A stretch of 64,000 nt of DNA from Octopus sinensis. Taxonomy: Eukaryota. The notes below the pieces were generated by a model. The model saw only the letters and a list, made by a program, of their open reading frames with translations. It searched no databases and was not told the DNA's origin. The DNA lies in NCBI RefSeq assembly GCF_006345805.1, contig NC_043005.1, positions 70,804,001 to 70,868,000 on the forward strand, given 5' to 3'. Shown piece after piece: positions 52,547 through 64,000 of the stretch. Each line of letters begins with the position of its first letter. The first letter of the stretch is position 1. Made by a program: the position numbers and the translations under genes.

Positions 52547-53130
52547 GGTGAGCTGGCAGAAACGTTAGCACGCTGGGCGAAATGCTTAGTAGTATTTCGT
52601 CTGCTGTTATGTTCTGAGTTCAAATTCCGCCAAGGTCGACTTTGACTTTCATCCTTTTGGGGTCGATAAATTAAGTACCAGTTATGCACTAGGGTCGATG
52701 TAATCGACTTAATCCGTCAGTCTGTCCTTGTTTGCTTCCTCTGTGTTTAGCCCCTAGTGGGTAGTAAAGAAATAGATATTTTATCTGCCATTATGTTCTG
52801 AGTTCAAATTCCGCCAAGGTCGACTTTGACTTTCATCCTTTTGGGGTCGATAAATTAAGTACCAGTTACGCACTGGGGTCGATGTAATCGACTTAATCCG
52901 TCAGTCTGTCCTTGTTTGTTTCCTCTGTGTTTAGCCCCTAGTGGGTAGTAAAGAAATAGGTATTTTATCTGCCATTATGTTCTGAGTTCAAATTCCACCA
53001 AGGTCGATTTTGCCATTCGTCCTTTTAAGGTCGATAAATTAAGTACTAGTTATGCACTGGGGTTGATGTAATCAGTTCTTGTTTGTCCCCTCTATGTTTA
53101 GCCCCTTGTGGGCAATAACGAAATAAGAAA
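52547..53130 (+). mobile_element. Head-to-tail trimer of SINE family M (one full copy and two identically 5'-truncated copies)
   Basis: Units start at 52547, 52776 and about 52960; the truncated units share tattttatctgccattatg. Confidence 0.88.
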
Positions 53131-53919
53131 CATTACTGCTTTTTCTTCCCTGTCCAGCCACTAGATTCAGGTGAGAACTTCAATAAATGGTAACTGGTAA
53201 AGTGGATTTGATTAAAACATGACAGTTGTTGCTCTTTAATGTTTATCTCATACTCTGTTGACTTGCCTCTCTGTGTTCTATTCATGGCCCCTGTTACCCT
53301 CTGTTTAGTCTTAAATCAGCCCTGATTAAGTATACCTATGATGAAATCTATCCCAGTTGCGACCATCTTATCTTTTTACATATTTATAACTAAAATAACC
53401 ATCATGTCCTTCTTTCTTCTAAGAAGGTAGGATGTAATTTGAGGGCAATTTGGTTGTTATTTCTAGTAGATTGAGCAAGCATATTGAGACTCCTTCGTTG
53501 GCTCATTCACATCTTCATGATAGACATAGCATCCTTAAAGGTAGAGACAAACATGCACAGTCCTCATGGTACCTTAGTTCATACTATTGTAACTAATATT
53601 CTCTGCTCTATGCTGTGTTTCTGCTCTTGCAAATCTCTGGTACTTAGCTGGCAACATATAAAGCATTAGTATCATTTATGTAGATTCACATAAGCCTGGG
53701 TCATACTGAACTGGCTTCTCAAACCTACCCTGCAATGTTATTCCAAAAATATACCATCATGTGACTGAAATTTTCAAAGTTACAAGATAATACAGAATAA
53801 ATTCAAAGTGATGTGAATAAATAAACATTATGTTTGATAAAGTAATTTGAATACAAAAGTATTTAAGTGATCTAAATTAAAACAGCCATCAAAATTCCAT
53901 CTTAATTAATCTTTTTATC

Positions 53920-54310
53920 GTTCACTTGTTTCAGTCATTTGACTGTGGCACAACCATGAACAATTTTAGCTGCATGGATTGACCCCCATACTTTTTATTT
54001 AAGCCTAGTCCTTATTCTATCAGAATCTTTTGCTGAACTGCTAAGTTACGAGGATGTAAACACACCACCATCGGTTGTCAAGTGATGTTGGGTGGGGGAC
54101 AAACACAGACACACAAGCATACACACACACATATATATATATACATATATACGACAGGCTTCTTTCAGTTTCCATCTACCAAATCCACTCACAAGGCTTT
54201 GGTAAGCCTGAGGCTATAGTAGAAGAAACTTGCCCAAGATGCCACGCAGTGGGACTGAACCCAGAACCATGTGGCTGGTAAGCAAGCTACTTACTACACA
54301 GCCACTCCTG
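53920..54310 (-). mobile_element. SINE family A
   Basis: Same blocks as the other copies. Confidence 0.8.
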
Positions 54311-56017
54311 CTCCTATATATATTTTCTCTACAGCAAGACACCTGTTTCTATCCCTTCATCATATTCTAATATTCCCTCACTTGGCACAAAGACACTTCT
54401 TTTAATACCACCAAAAGAAGCTTTATCTTGCATGATACTTAGTGACTTTACCGGTGTTGGTGCCATTAAAAAAATACCAAGTCCACTCTATAAAGTTGTT
54501 GGCATTAGGAAAGTACATGCAGCCATAAAATCAATAACAAAGCACACAGTGGAGCTTGGCCCACCCTCTGGCTTACCAGTTCCTGTGAAACCCTCTAACC
54601 CATGCCAGCATGGTAGATGAACGTTAAAAAATGACAATGATGGTATATACAGTGGGTTTCAGTTCCCATCTACCAAATCCACTTGCAAGGCATTGGTTAG
54701 CCTGAGGCTATAGTAGACAACATTTGCTGAAGGTGCCACTCAGCAGGCCTGAACCTTAGACCATGTGGTTAAGGAACAAACTTCTTACCACACAGCCACA
54801 TCTAAGCCTCTTTGTCCAAGCATAAGCTCAATAACGACAAAATCCTTTTACTAAATTCTTCATTATTTTCAAATTTGGTTGAGACGGAAGCAATGTATTT
54901 TAACAAAAATGTGGTAAGAAATGTCTTAAATAGAAGGAGAATGCATTGAGCAAGATTAAGTTGCATTTCTCTCAATATTTAGATTTGTTACAATAAATTT
55001 TGTTCAAATATTGTTAGAATCAAACTAGTCTCATTAAAATAAGAACCAGTAATACACTTGTTATAACCAATATAGCTTCCTATGAATAGTCAGACTAGTA
55101 TCGGTATACTGCATTCAAAGTAGCCAGATTTTTTGTAGCCAACATATAAAAAATTGTTTCTAATTTCATTTTTTTCCTTTCACTGAATTTTACTTTTTCA
55201 TTTTTGCTTTTAATTCTATTTAATTTTTACTATTTTTCTGTTTGTAATTTTCCATATTCAATAATGAAAATTATATTAAAACAAAGTAAACCATGAATAA
55301 TAATGGGAAAAACTCTTGATCTTTTTACATCTCTAGAATTACAGGATATCCTTTATCAAGATCAAATAATTTGTCCATGAAATATTGGTTCCTGTAAGAA
55401 GAAAAAAAAACATTTAAAAAAATTTGTTTTAAATATAATATTATAATTCCATTCCTCATTTTTAGTAAAAGAAATTTATTTCATATGAAAGCAGCAGTAC
55501 AAAACAATTATAATTTATACTGTCAAATACAGAAATTCAAAAAATCATATAACAAATCACAATATTTTAAATATCATAAAATAATCAACATTCAATTACA
55601 TAATATATCCCAAATCACACAAACATTCATTGTTATCAACAAGATTGATTTAAGAAAATATATTATCACCAAACATTTGATTGTGTATTCAGCTTCCAAG
55701 ATTGATTTGTTTGCTTTCAGATAGTAAAGTGTTTATTTCTTATTTATTTCTAAATAATTTCTTGAGATATATCTTTCTCGCATTAAATTTTCTTTTAATT
55801 TTTTCCTCATAAGTTGTTCATTAATTAATCAAAATAATTTAAATAGGAATCAACAACATTTTTTTTTTTTTTTCCATTTTTGTTCTTTCTTGATGTATTT
55901 TTAAAATTTATCTTCTTTCTGCGCTGAAATCTTACATTATCAAAGCTTGTTGAGATGGAGTGACATGGGATTAAAATTAAATATTAAAGTATGTTCTATA
56001 TTTTATTACCAAACAAA

Positions 56018-56057
56018 CTCTTAGAATATCCGCTATCAGTAATAATATCTATCTATC

Positions 56058-56091
<34 letters not shown>

Positions 56092-56523
56092 TGTATGTAT
56101 GTATGTATGTATGTATGTATTATGTAGTATATATATATATTATCCATCTATCTATCTATATCTATCTAGCTATCTATCTATACATACATATATACATACT
56201 ATATATATATATAATATATGATCTATCTAGCTATCTATTCTATACTATATATCATATATATATATATGTATGTTATGTATGTATGTATATGTATGTATGT
56301 AAAGTGATATACATAAACAATATTTTGCAACAAACAAAGTATGTCCGATGAATTAAATCTAAATTTGTATCATTGTGGAAAATTTTATATTCTTGCAGAA
56401 AATCCAACTACTGTGTAGAAAGCGTTGAACATATTACTTTCCAATAGTCTAAATCTTCAGTTTTCTCTTAGAATATCCGCTATCAGTAATCATATCTATC
56501 TATCTAATATATATATATCTATC

Positions 56524-56555
<32 letters not shown>

Positions 56556-56568
56556 TGTATGTATGTAG

Positions 56569-56599
<31 letters not shown>

Positions 56600-56645
56600 G
56601 TATATGTATGTATATATATATATACTATATAATATATATATATAC

Positions 56646-56676
<31 letters not shown>

Positions 56677-56889
56677 TATGTATGTTCTATTTACTAGCTA
56701 TCTATCTATACATAAATATATATATACATATATATATATATGTATATATATGTATGTATCTATCTATATCTATCTATCTATACATACATATATACTTATA
56801 TATATATGTATGTATTTATGTATGTATGTATGTATGTAGAAGTGATTATACATAAACAATATTTTGCAACAAACAAAGTAATGTCCGAT
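56018..56889 (+). repeat. Tandem duplication of a microsatellite-filled unit
   Basis: ctcttagaatatccgctatcagtaat...acataaacaatattttgcaacaaacaaagta(a)tgtccgat occurs twice (about 56018-56349 and 56464-56889). Confidence 0.85.
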
Positions 56890-56959
56890 TGCATACTGGT
56901 TAATATGTTAGCTGAAGTGGCAAGATTTTCATAGTTCAATATTCACCCGAGAAGTATTT

Positions 56960-57062
56960 AAATATGGAATGCTTCATGAATTTGCATGTCATCCTTGTGC
57001 AGGGGCCATGCTAAATTTCAGTATCGTCCCAATTTTAGTATATGTACTGCCAAAGCAAGTAC
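56960..57062 (-). pseudogene. Near full-length U6 snRNA pseudogene
   Basis: Reverse complement gtacttgctttggcagtacatatactaaaattgggacgatactgaaatttagcatggcccctgcacaaggatgacatgcaaattcatgaagcattccatattt; the ACAGAGA box is destroyed and CpGs are decayed. Confidence 0.92.
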
Positions 57063-57215
57063 AATAGTAAATCTGATGTGAAAAATGAATATATAGTGCG
57101 TGTTAAATAGTTTTGAAGATTTTCTTTTAATTCATTACTTTGTCTGTCTATCTGTCTATCACTCCTTCCTCTTCCTCTCCCTCCTTCCTCCTCTTCTCTC
57201 TCTCTCTCTCTCTAC

Positions 57216-57250
<35 letters not shown>

Positions 57251-57269
57251 ACATCCTTTTGTCTCAGGA

Positions 57270-59034
57270 GACAATGGAGTTGCACATAAACTAATCCAGT
57301 CTGGATTTTACATTTTGTGTCCCCTCCAGTTTCCTCCCCAGTCTTGCAGAGGCATGGGATAGATGCAAGAAAATCCTGGGTAGCCCAATCGTCAGGATTC
57401 CCCTCTCGACCTTGCTGACATAGTCCAAAGGAGTGCAGAGCATTACGTTTGGCACCAGTTTGGTTGCAAGAGCTGCCGGAAGAATGTCGAGTTGAACACT
57501 AAACTGCCTACGGGGCTCCACTCTGGATTTCGTTGAAGGTTGTCTCGTTTCTATAACCCTAGATAGGGGCCCATACCAAGTACTGTCAGCCAGAGCCAGC
57601 TGAGCCCGGGACTCATGTCAGGCAGGGTCGTCACTGCCTGAAATAGTGAAGAAAATCACTACCCACTACCCAATAAAAGATATATATATATATACATATA
57701 TATATATAACACATACATTTATATATATATGTATAAGATGTACGCCTCTATAAGATGTATACAGTGTAAGCTATGGACGCATAAGAGGTGCAGCAATATC
57801 AAAGGAAAATTAGTTGATAAGATAGCTTTCATGTGCAGCAGATCCACAGGGGCAATAGACACCACAGATACTCAGAAAACAGATTCCATCACACTCCAGG
57901 GGGAGAAACTAGAAGTAGTTGATAGTTTCCGCTACCTAGGTGACCAAGTTAGTAGTGGAGGTGGATACTTAGAGAGTGTCACCATTAGAATACGAATAGC
58001 CTGGGCAAAGTTTAGAAAGCTCCTACCCCTACTGGTGACAAAGAGTCTCTCGCTCAGAGTGAAAGGTAGATTGTATGATGCATGTGTGTGAACCACCATA
58101 CTTCACGGTAGTGAAACATGGGATGTGACTGCAGAGGACATGCGTAGACTTGAAAGAAATGAAGCTAGCATGATCCACTGGATGTGTAATGTCAGTGTAC
58201 AAACACAACAGAGTGTAAGCACCCTGAGAGAAATTCTGGACATAAGTATCAGATGTGGTGTGCAAGAGAGACGCTTGCAATGGTATGGTCATGTACTGCG
58301 GATGGATGAGGAGAGATGTGTGAAGAAGTGCTACTCACAAACAGTTGAAGGTATCAGGGGGAGAGGTAGACCCAGGAAGATATGAGATGAGGTAGTCAAG
58401 CCTGATCTCCGAGCGTTGGGCCTCACAGAGGCAATGATGAAGGACCAAGATCTCTGGAGATATGCTGTGACTGCAAAGATCCAGGCTGCTTCCTGCACCA
58501 GTTTCACATAGCCCCAGCCCATTCAAAGTACCTTGGATTGCAGAACGACCTGCTGTGCTTACCTTGGATCATAGAGTGTCCTGCTGTGCTTGAGGAGATC
58601 TATTTAGTCAAGTACATCAATATCAAAATAAATATCAAATGGAAATTGTAGTTACAAAACCTGTGCCCGCGGCACGTAAAAAGCACCATTTGAACGTGGC
58701 TGATGCCAGCGCCACCTTGACTGGCTTCTGTGCCGGTGGCACATGACCTGCTGTGCTTGAGTCAAGTACATCAACATTGAAATAAATATCAAATGGAAAT
58801 AGTAGTTGTGATACCTGTGCTGGCGGCACGTAAAAAGCACTAACCGATCGTGGCCGCTGCCAGCCTCCCCTGGCACCTGTGCAGGTGGCACGTAAAAACC
58901 ACCCACCGCACTCACGGAGTGGTTGGCGTTAGGAAGGGCATCCACTGCCAGATCAGACTGGAGCCTGTTGAACCGTCCAACCCGTGCTAGCACGGAAAAC
59001 GGATGTTAAACGATGATGATGATGATGATGATGA
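57270..59034 (+). mobile_element. RTE-clade LINE, apparently internally deleted: 5' UTR-like block, (TA)n, ORF2 3' part, modular 3' UTR, (GAT)n tail
   Basis: The ORF2 remnant runs into a UTR that ends ggatgttaaacgatgatgat. Assigning 57270-57670 as the 5' UTR is inference from recalled RTE leader motifs (tttggcaccag...gagctgccggaag). Confidence 0.75.
57747..58511 (+). pseudogene. RTE ORF2 C-terminal half (Cys/His insert, RT thumb, C-terminal domain), two premature TGA stops
   Basis: CIQCKLWTHKRC...LEVVDSFRYLGDQV...RIRIAWAKFRKLLPLL...KGRLYDACV*TTILHGSETW...RRLQWYGHVLRM...GRGRPRKI*DEVV, all in one frame. Confidence 0.92.
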
Positions 59035-59243
59035 TATTGCAAGAGAAATAAAGATAAGGAATAATTCTTTGCAAAAATGAAGATATTAGGATGGGCAATA
59101 ATGTACAAGGAAAGTGTCTTGTGAAGGAGCTCAATGAAACAGATATGCATGCAATTTCTTGTACATTGTGAGAACATAATTATACAGACTAAGCTAATAG
59201 TCCTAGATGTGTTTATAGGTAAGTTGCTGTGATTTTCATATTT

Positions 59244-59650
59244 TCAGCCATTCAGTTTGGGGGAGAACTTTGTTATGAAGTATTGTTCTATATTTTTTCT
59301 GAAGAAGGTGTCCTTCCTTAGGGATTTAGAGAAGGGAAAGATCTTAAATTTTCCTTCTCCACATGTTTCTAAGTGTTTACTCAGTGGAATCTTTCGCAGT
59401 TCCTCCTATCGGACATGTTGTTGGTGAGTTCTGGCTCATTGGCATAAAGAATTTCCAGTTTTGCCTATATAATTCCCCTTGCATGTGGGACAGGTTATAC
59501 AGTATATTACGTTCTGCATCTTGCAATTCATGTCTGCATCTACTTTGAATGTGTGACCACTCTTAAATTTCATTTGTTTGTTTACCTCTATATATTTGTA
59601 GATGGGGTTACTGCAGATCTCACATCTGCCATTCTCATTTAGTTTTGTGA
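59244..59650 (-). pseudogene. Penelope-like GIY-YIG endonuclease domain with Cys/His motifs, two nonsense codons
   Basis: GRCEIC...FKVDADMNCKMQNVIYCITCPTCKGNYIGKTGNSLCQ*ARTHQQHVR*EELRKIPLSKHLETC...FRKNIEQYFITKFSPKLNG*. Confidence 0.9.
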
Positions 59651-60153
59651 TTGTTTTGATAATGTATGTGTGTGTGTGATCATCATTATTATCTTTCAAC
59701 ATCTGTTTTACATGCTGGCATTGGTTGGACAGTTTGAACAGGGCTGGCAAGCTGGAGAGCTATATCTGGTTCCAGTCTAATTTAGCATTGTTTCTACAGC
59801 TGGATGCCATTCCTAACACCAGCTACTTTACAGAGTAGGCTGAATGCATTTAATGTGGCACCAGCACAGATTACATATATTATCTATATATATGTTTGTG
59901 TGTGTATGTATGTTTGTATGTATGTATTATCTATCTATGCATCTATCTATCTATCTATATATATCATCATCGTTTAACGCGTCTGCTTTCCATGCTGGGA
60001 TGGGTTGGACGGTTCACATGCCACCCACAGGTGCCAGACGAGGGGGCAAACGGCCACAATCGGATGGTGCTTTTTACGTGCCACCAGCACGAAGGCCAGT
60101 CGGAGGCCATATATATAAATCTTGTGTGTGTGTGTGTATATATATATATATTA

Positions 60154-60192
<39 letters not shown>

Positions 60193-61059
60193 TTACTTAC
60201 ATACACACATGCACAAAGATAGATGGATAGATAAGTACATTTTTATATACATATGCACAAACATCCATATTTATACACACATTTATACATTTGGGTGTAC
60301 TAACAGGAAAAAAGCACTTACTTTACATATAAAAGACTTGTGTTTATCCATCTATCTATTTATCTATCTGTGTGTGTATGTATGTATGTATGAATGCTTT
60401 TATGTATATATATTTGCATGCACACACATACACACACACAAAAAAAAAATTGGAAATTTTTCCAATGGTGCCATTGCATGAAAAACATAATTTAAGAGCC
60501 AATCTACCATACTTAATTTGCTGAGTCAAAAATAATTTTAAATCAATGGATATTATAACTATAAAGAGAAGAAAAAAAATCATTGGTGTTAATGAAAATT
60601 ACCCACAAAAGAGACAAGAGAGAGAACTTCTGTAACACTAACAGGCAATTAATTAGAGGAAGATATACAGGGAGACAGATGGGTCTCATCTTTAGAAGCT
60701 TTGGTGTGCTTCGGTTTTATGAGGCATCCTTAGTAAAACATAGTCAACTTACAGCTATTACCAAAATCTCAGAACGTCTAATAGATATAGATTTTTTTTG
60801 CAGCAGAGAACGGTTGGTATGAATTATAATTTGTTGATTATGCAAATTAATATAATGACAATGGAAAATTTCCCAGTGGTGCCTTTTCATTATGGTTATA
60901 ATTTCAATTGATTAAAAATAATTTTTTGCTCACCACATTATACATGGTATCCAGTACACAACTCTGTGTGTACATATATAAATATATGTGTGTGTGTGTG
61001 TTTGTATACATATCTAGCTATCTATCTGTCTGTATATCTGTCTATCTATCTATCTATAT

Positions 61060-61121
<62 letters not shown>

Positions 61122-61547
61122 TTTGTACATACACACCTATGTACACATAATATGTATACACACATACACACACACATATGCAGATATATGTATGAATAAA
61201 TATATCTTATGAAAAATAGATACATACAATTTATTGTTTGGTATATATGTGTATATGAAATGCTATTATTTCCAGATTTATTATTCTTAGATGTATCTAA
61301 TTTTGCAGCTATCACTCTAAGTTGTTTCTAGCTGTAAAACTAGACACAACCTAGAATAATCTAGAACAAACAGAGCAACCATGGTGTATAGCTGCATAAA
61401 GTTTGGCTTGTGTAATCCTGTCAGAATTATTTCACAATGGCTCTACACTAAACTGAAGAATGGTAAATGTGGCTTTTGGAGCTAGAGCTCCATTTTTGGA
61501 ATTTCCTTTTATTTCCCGACCCCTGTATGCTAATACTAGAATATATT

Positions 61548-62166
61548 ATACAGTTCTGTATTTAAGAGATGAGGAATTATGTACATTGTTCACATTACTT
61601 ACATTTCACGGATATTTGTCCTCATCTTGTTTGTTGTTAACACAATGTTTCAGCTGATATAGCCTCCAGCCTTCATCAGGTGCCTTGGGGTAATTTCAAA
61701 CCTGGGTTCTCATTCCTAAGGTATTTTTCAATGTCATCATCGTCGTCGTCGTCGTCGTCATCGTCATGGTCATCATGGTCATCATGATCATCATTGTCAT
61801 CATGGTCATGGTCATCATGATCATGGTCATGATCATGGCCATGATCATCATCATTATTGTTCAGGTCACTGTCTGGAATCGATCTCAGAATCTTGGAGTT
61901 ACTACCCTGTGCTCTTAACCACTACAAGCATATGGCATAGTGGCTAAGAGCATGGGCTACTAACCCCAAGATTCCGAGTTCGAATCCAGGCAGAGACGTG
62001 AATAATAATAATAACATTGAAAAATACTTTAGGAATGAGAACCCAGGTTCGAAATTTCCCCAAGATACCTGATGAAGGCTGGAGGATATATCAGCTGAAA
62101 CGTTGTGTTAACAACAAACAAGATGAGGACAAATATCCATCAAATGTAAATAATGTAAATAATGTA
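61548..62166. mobile_element. Head-to-head inverted dimer of the tRNA-headed, HHR-tailed SINE-like element (copy 2)
   Basis: Minus arm 61925->61548 and plus arm 61928-62166; both carry tRNA-like heads and HHR tails. Confidence 0.88.
62064..62109 (+). ncRNA. Minimal type I hammerhead ribozyme motif, apparently intact
   Basis: gatac CTGATGA a ggctgg-aggatata-tcagct GAAAC GTT gtgtt; stem I gatac/gtgtt pairs fully with two G-U pairs. Confidence 0.78.
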
Positions 62167-62802
62167 AGACTATATTAATTGCCTCTTCACCTTACTACTG
62201 AGTTATTTAGAGATCCAGATGTGGCAGCATAGAAAGATGTTTGCTTCTCCACCAAATGGTTCTAGGTTCAGTCCCACTGCTTGGCACATTGGACTAACGT
62301 CTTCTACTATAGCCTCAGGCTAACTAAAGCCTTGTGAGTGGATTTGGTAGATGTGTATGAGATTCTAAAACCAAAGTGTTACATAAAATGTGTGGGTGTT
62401 GGTGTCATGTAAAAAGCACCCAGTACACTCTGTAAAGTGGCTGGCATTAGGAAGGGTGTCCAACTGTAGAATCCATGCCAAAACAGACTATGGAACTTGG
62501 AATGGTTCCTTGCCTTTCCAGTTCCTGTCTAACCATCTGACCTATGCCAGCATAGAAAAGGACATTAAATGTAGATGATGATAATGAAGATGATGGTTAT
62601 GATGATGATGTTGCTTCACTGTAGTCTCCATATAATACTAAACTTTGGCAGAATACTTTTATATTTACAGTCGACACATATGAAAATAACAAAACTACAC
62701 TAGCAAGTGTGTGTGTGCATGTATGTTTGTTTATATATATGCATATGTGCATGTCCGTATATATATTATGAATGTATGTGTATATGGGTGGGTATGTGTG
62801 TG

Positions 62803-63045
62803 TGAAGGTGCATGGCTTAGTGGTTAAGATGTTGCACTCATGATTGCGAGATCATAGGTTCAATTCCCAGACCAGCTGCTGCATTGTGTTCTTGAACAAA
62901 GCACTTCATTTCACATTGCTCTGCGATGATTTCGACATCTGCCATGAGGCACCTGTTTGCACCACTATATCTGAAGGGAGGTGAGCTTGCATCTATACAA
63001 ACAATCATCTGTGTGGTTGTTTGGTAAGAAATAGTCGAATCCCCA
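62803..63045 (+). mobile_element. tRNA-derived SINE (CAT anticodon-like head)
   Basis: ggtgcatggcttagtggttaagatgttgcactcatgattgcgagatcataggttcaattcc followed by a gttcttgaacaaagcac core. Confidence 0.6.
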
Positions 63046-63110
63046 TGCGTCATCTAACGATTGGTGAGTTTATTATATGTATATATACACTCATACACAC
63101 ATACATGTAT

Positions 63111-63144
<34 letters not shown>

Positions 63145-63149
63145 TATAT

Positions 63150-63388
63150 ATACGCCTGGCCCCTGTGGCCGTTGCCAGCCTCGCCTGGCACCTGTGCGGG
63201 TGGCACGTAAAAAGCACCCACTACACTCACGGAGTGGTTGGCGTTAGGAAGGGCATCCAGCCGTAGAAACACTGCCAGATCAGACTGGGCCTGATGCAGC
63301 CGTCTGGCTTCACAGACCCCAGTTGAACCATCCAACCCATGCTAGCATGGAAAGCGGACGCTAAATGATGATGATGATGATGATGATA
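63150..63388 (+). mobile_element. RTE LINE 3' UTR copy
   Basis: Family consensus plus a (GAT)n tail. Confidence 0.85.
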
Positions 63389-64000
63389 TATGAACATTAT
63401 TAATGTCACATATATGTGTTGTGAAACACTCTAACGCTGCAATATTTTATCCAAGAAAGGTTCATTAATAGCCTAGAGTGTATAATTAAAAGCCGAGCAA
63501 AACGAGCCAGCCTGGAAGTGAGCAAAAATGACACACGTTGATATTTTGTAGCTAAATTCTGCTCATCGGTGCTGTATGCTCAGTTCACCCTCAAAATAAT
63601 TTTAAATTGTTGGCCTGAAGTATATACAGACATTGAGAATATTTACATCAGAGCTGCTGCTAAAAACAAAATGTGAATACACGCACACATGGTCAAAATG
63701 TACAAAAAACAGAAAAAAATAAACCGAAAATAAAGACAGGTGAAGGGAACATCAATCAAGCTGTATTAGTTTGATGCTTGGGAAAAATGGAGAAGTCTTT
63801 GATTTTTCAAGCCTACTCTCATCAAGAGAAAAGGATGAGGAATAAAAATGGAAAGAGACAAAAACATGCCTGGTTTAAAAGTTTCACATGTTGAATTAAT
63901 TGGAGGTTGTTGATATATAATCAATAATTGGATGTCCACATTCCACAGGGGATTGGAATGAAGAATTATGAAGGTGCCATTGCGCCTTCATGTGGAGATG

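Overview
AT-rich, microsatellite-dense animal genomic DNA made mostly of repeats, with no long intact protein-coding ORF. The SINE/LINE repertoire matches what I recall from octopus genomes (inference, not verified). Most listed ORFs are microsatellite or repeat artefacts. The window holds three mariner derivatives (one fold-back element with two 5' ends) and two fragments of an RLE-type non-LTR retrotransposon. It also holds an internally deleted RTE LINE whose 3' UTR explains about 15 scattered (GAT)n-tailed repeats, two abundant tRNA-derived SINE families (one Meta-domain-like), a non-autonomous Helitron, TTAA-flanked piggyBac-like MITEs and a U6 pseudogene. There are many Penelope-like (PLE) remnants (GIY-YIG and RT fragments), plus a few low-confidence plus-strand exons. 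The most interesting signal is several unrelated families of minimal type I hammerhead ribozyme (HHR) motifs. One of them is a tRNA-headed SINE-like element with an HHR tail that occurs twice as a head-to-head inverted dimer (6.8-7.3 kb and 61.5-62.2 kb), a candidate Pol III-driven, ribozyme-processed parasite of PLEs. Most repeat boundaries were read by eye and are approximate.
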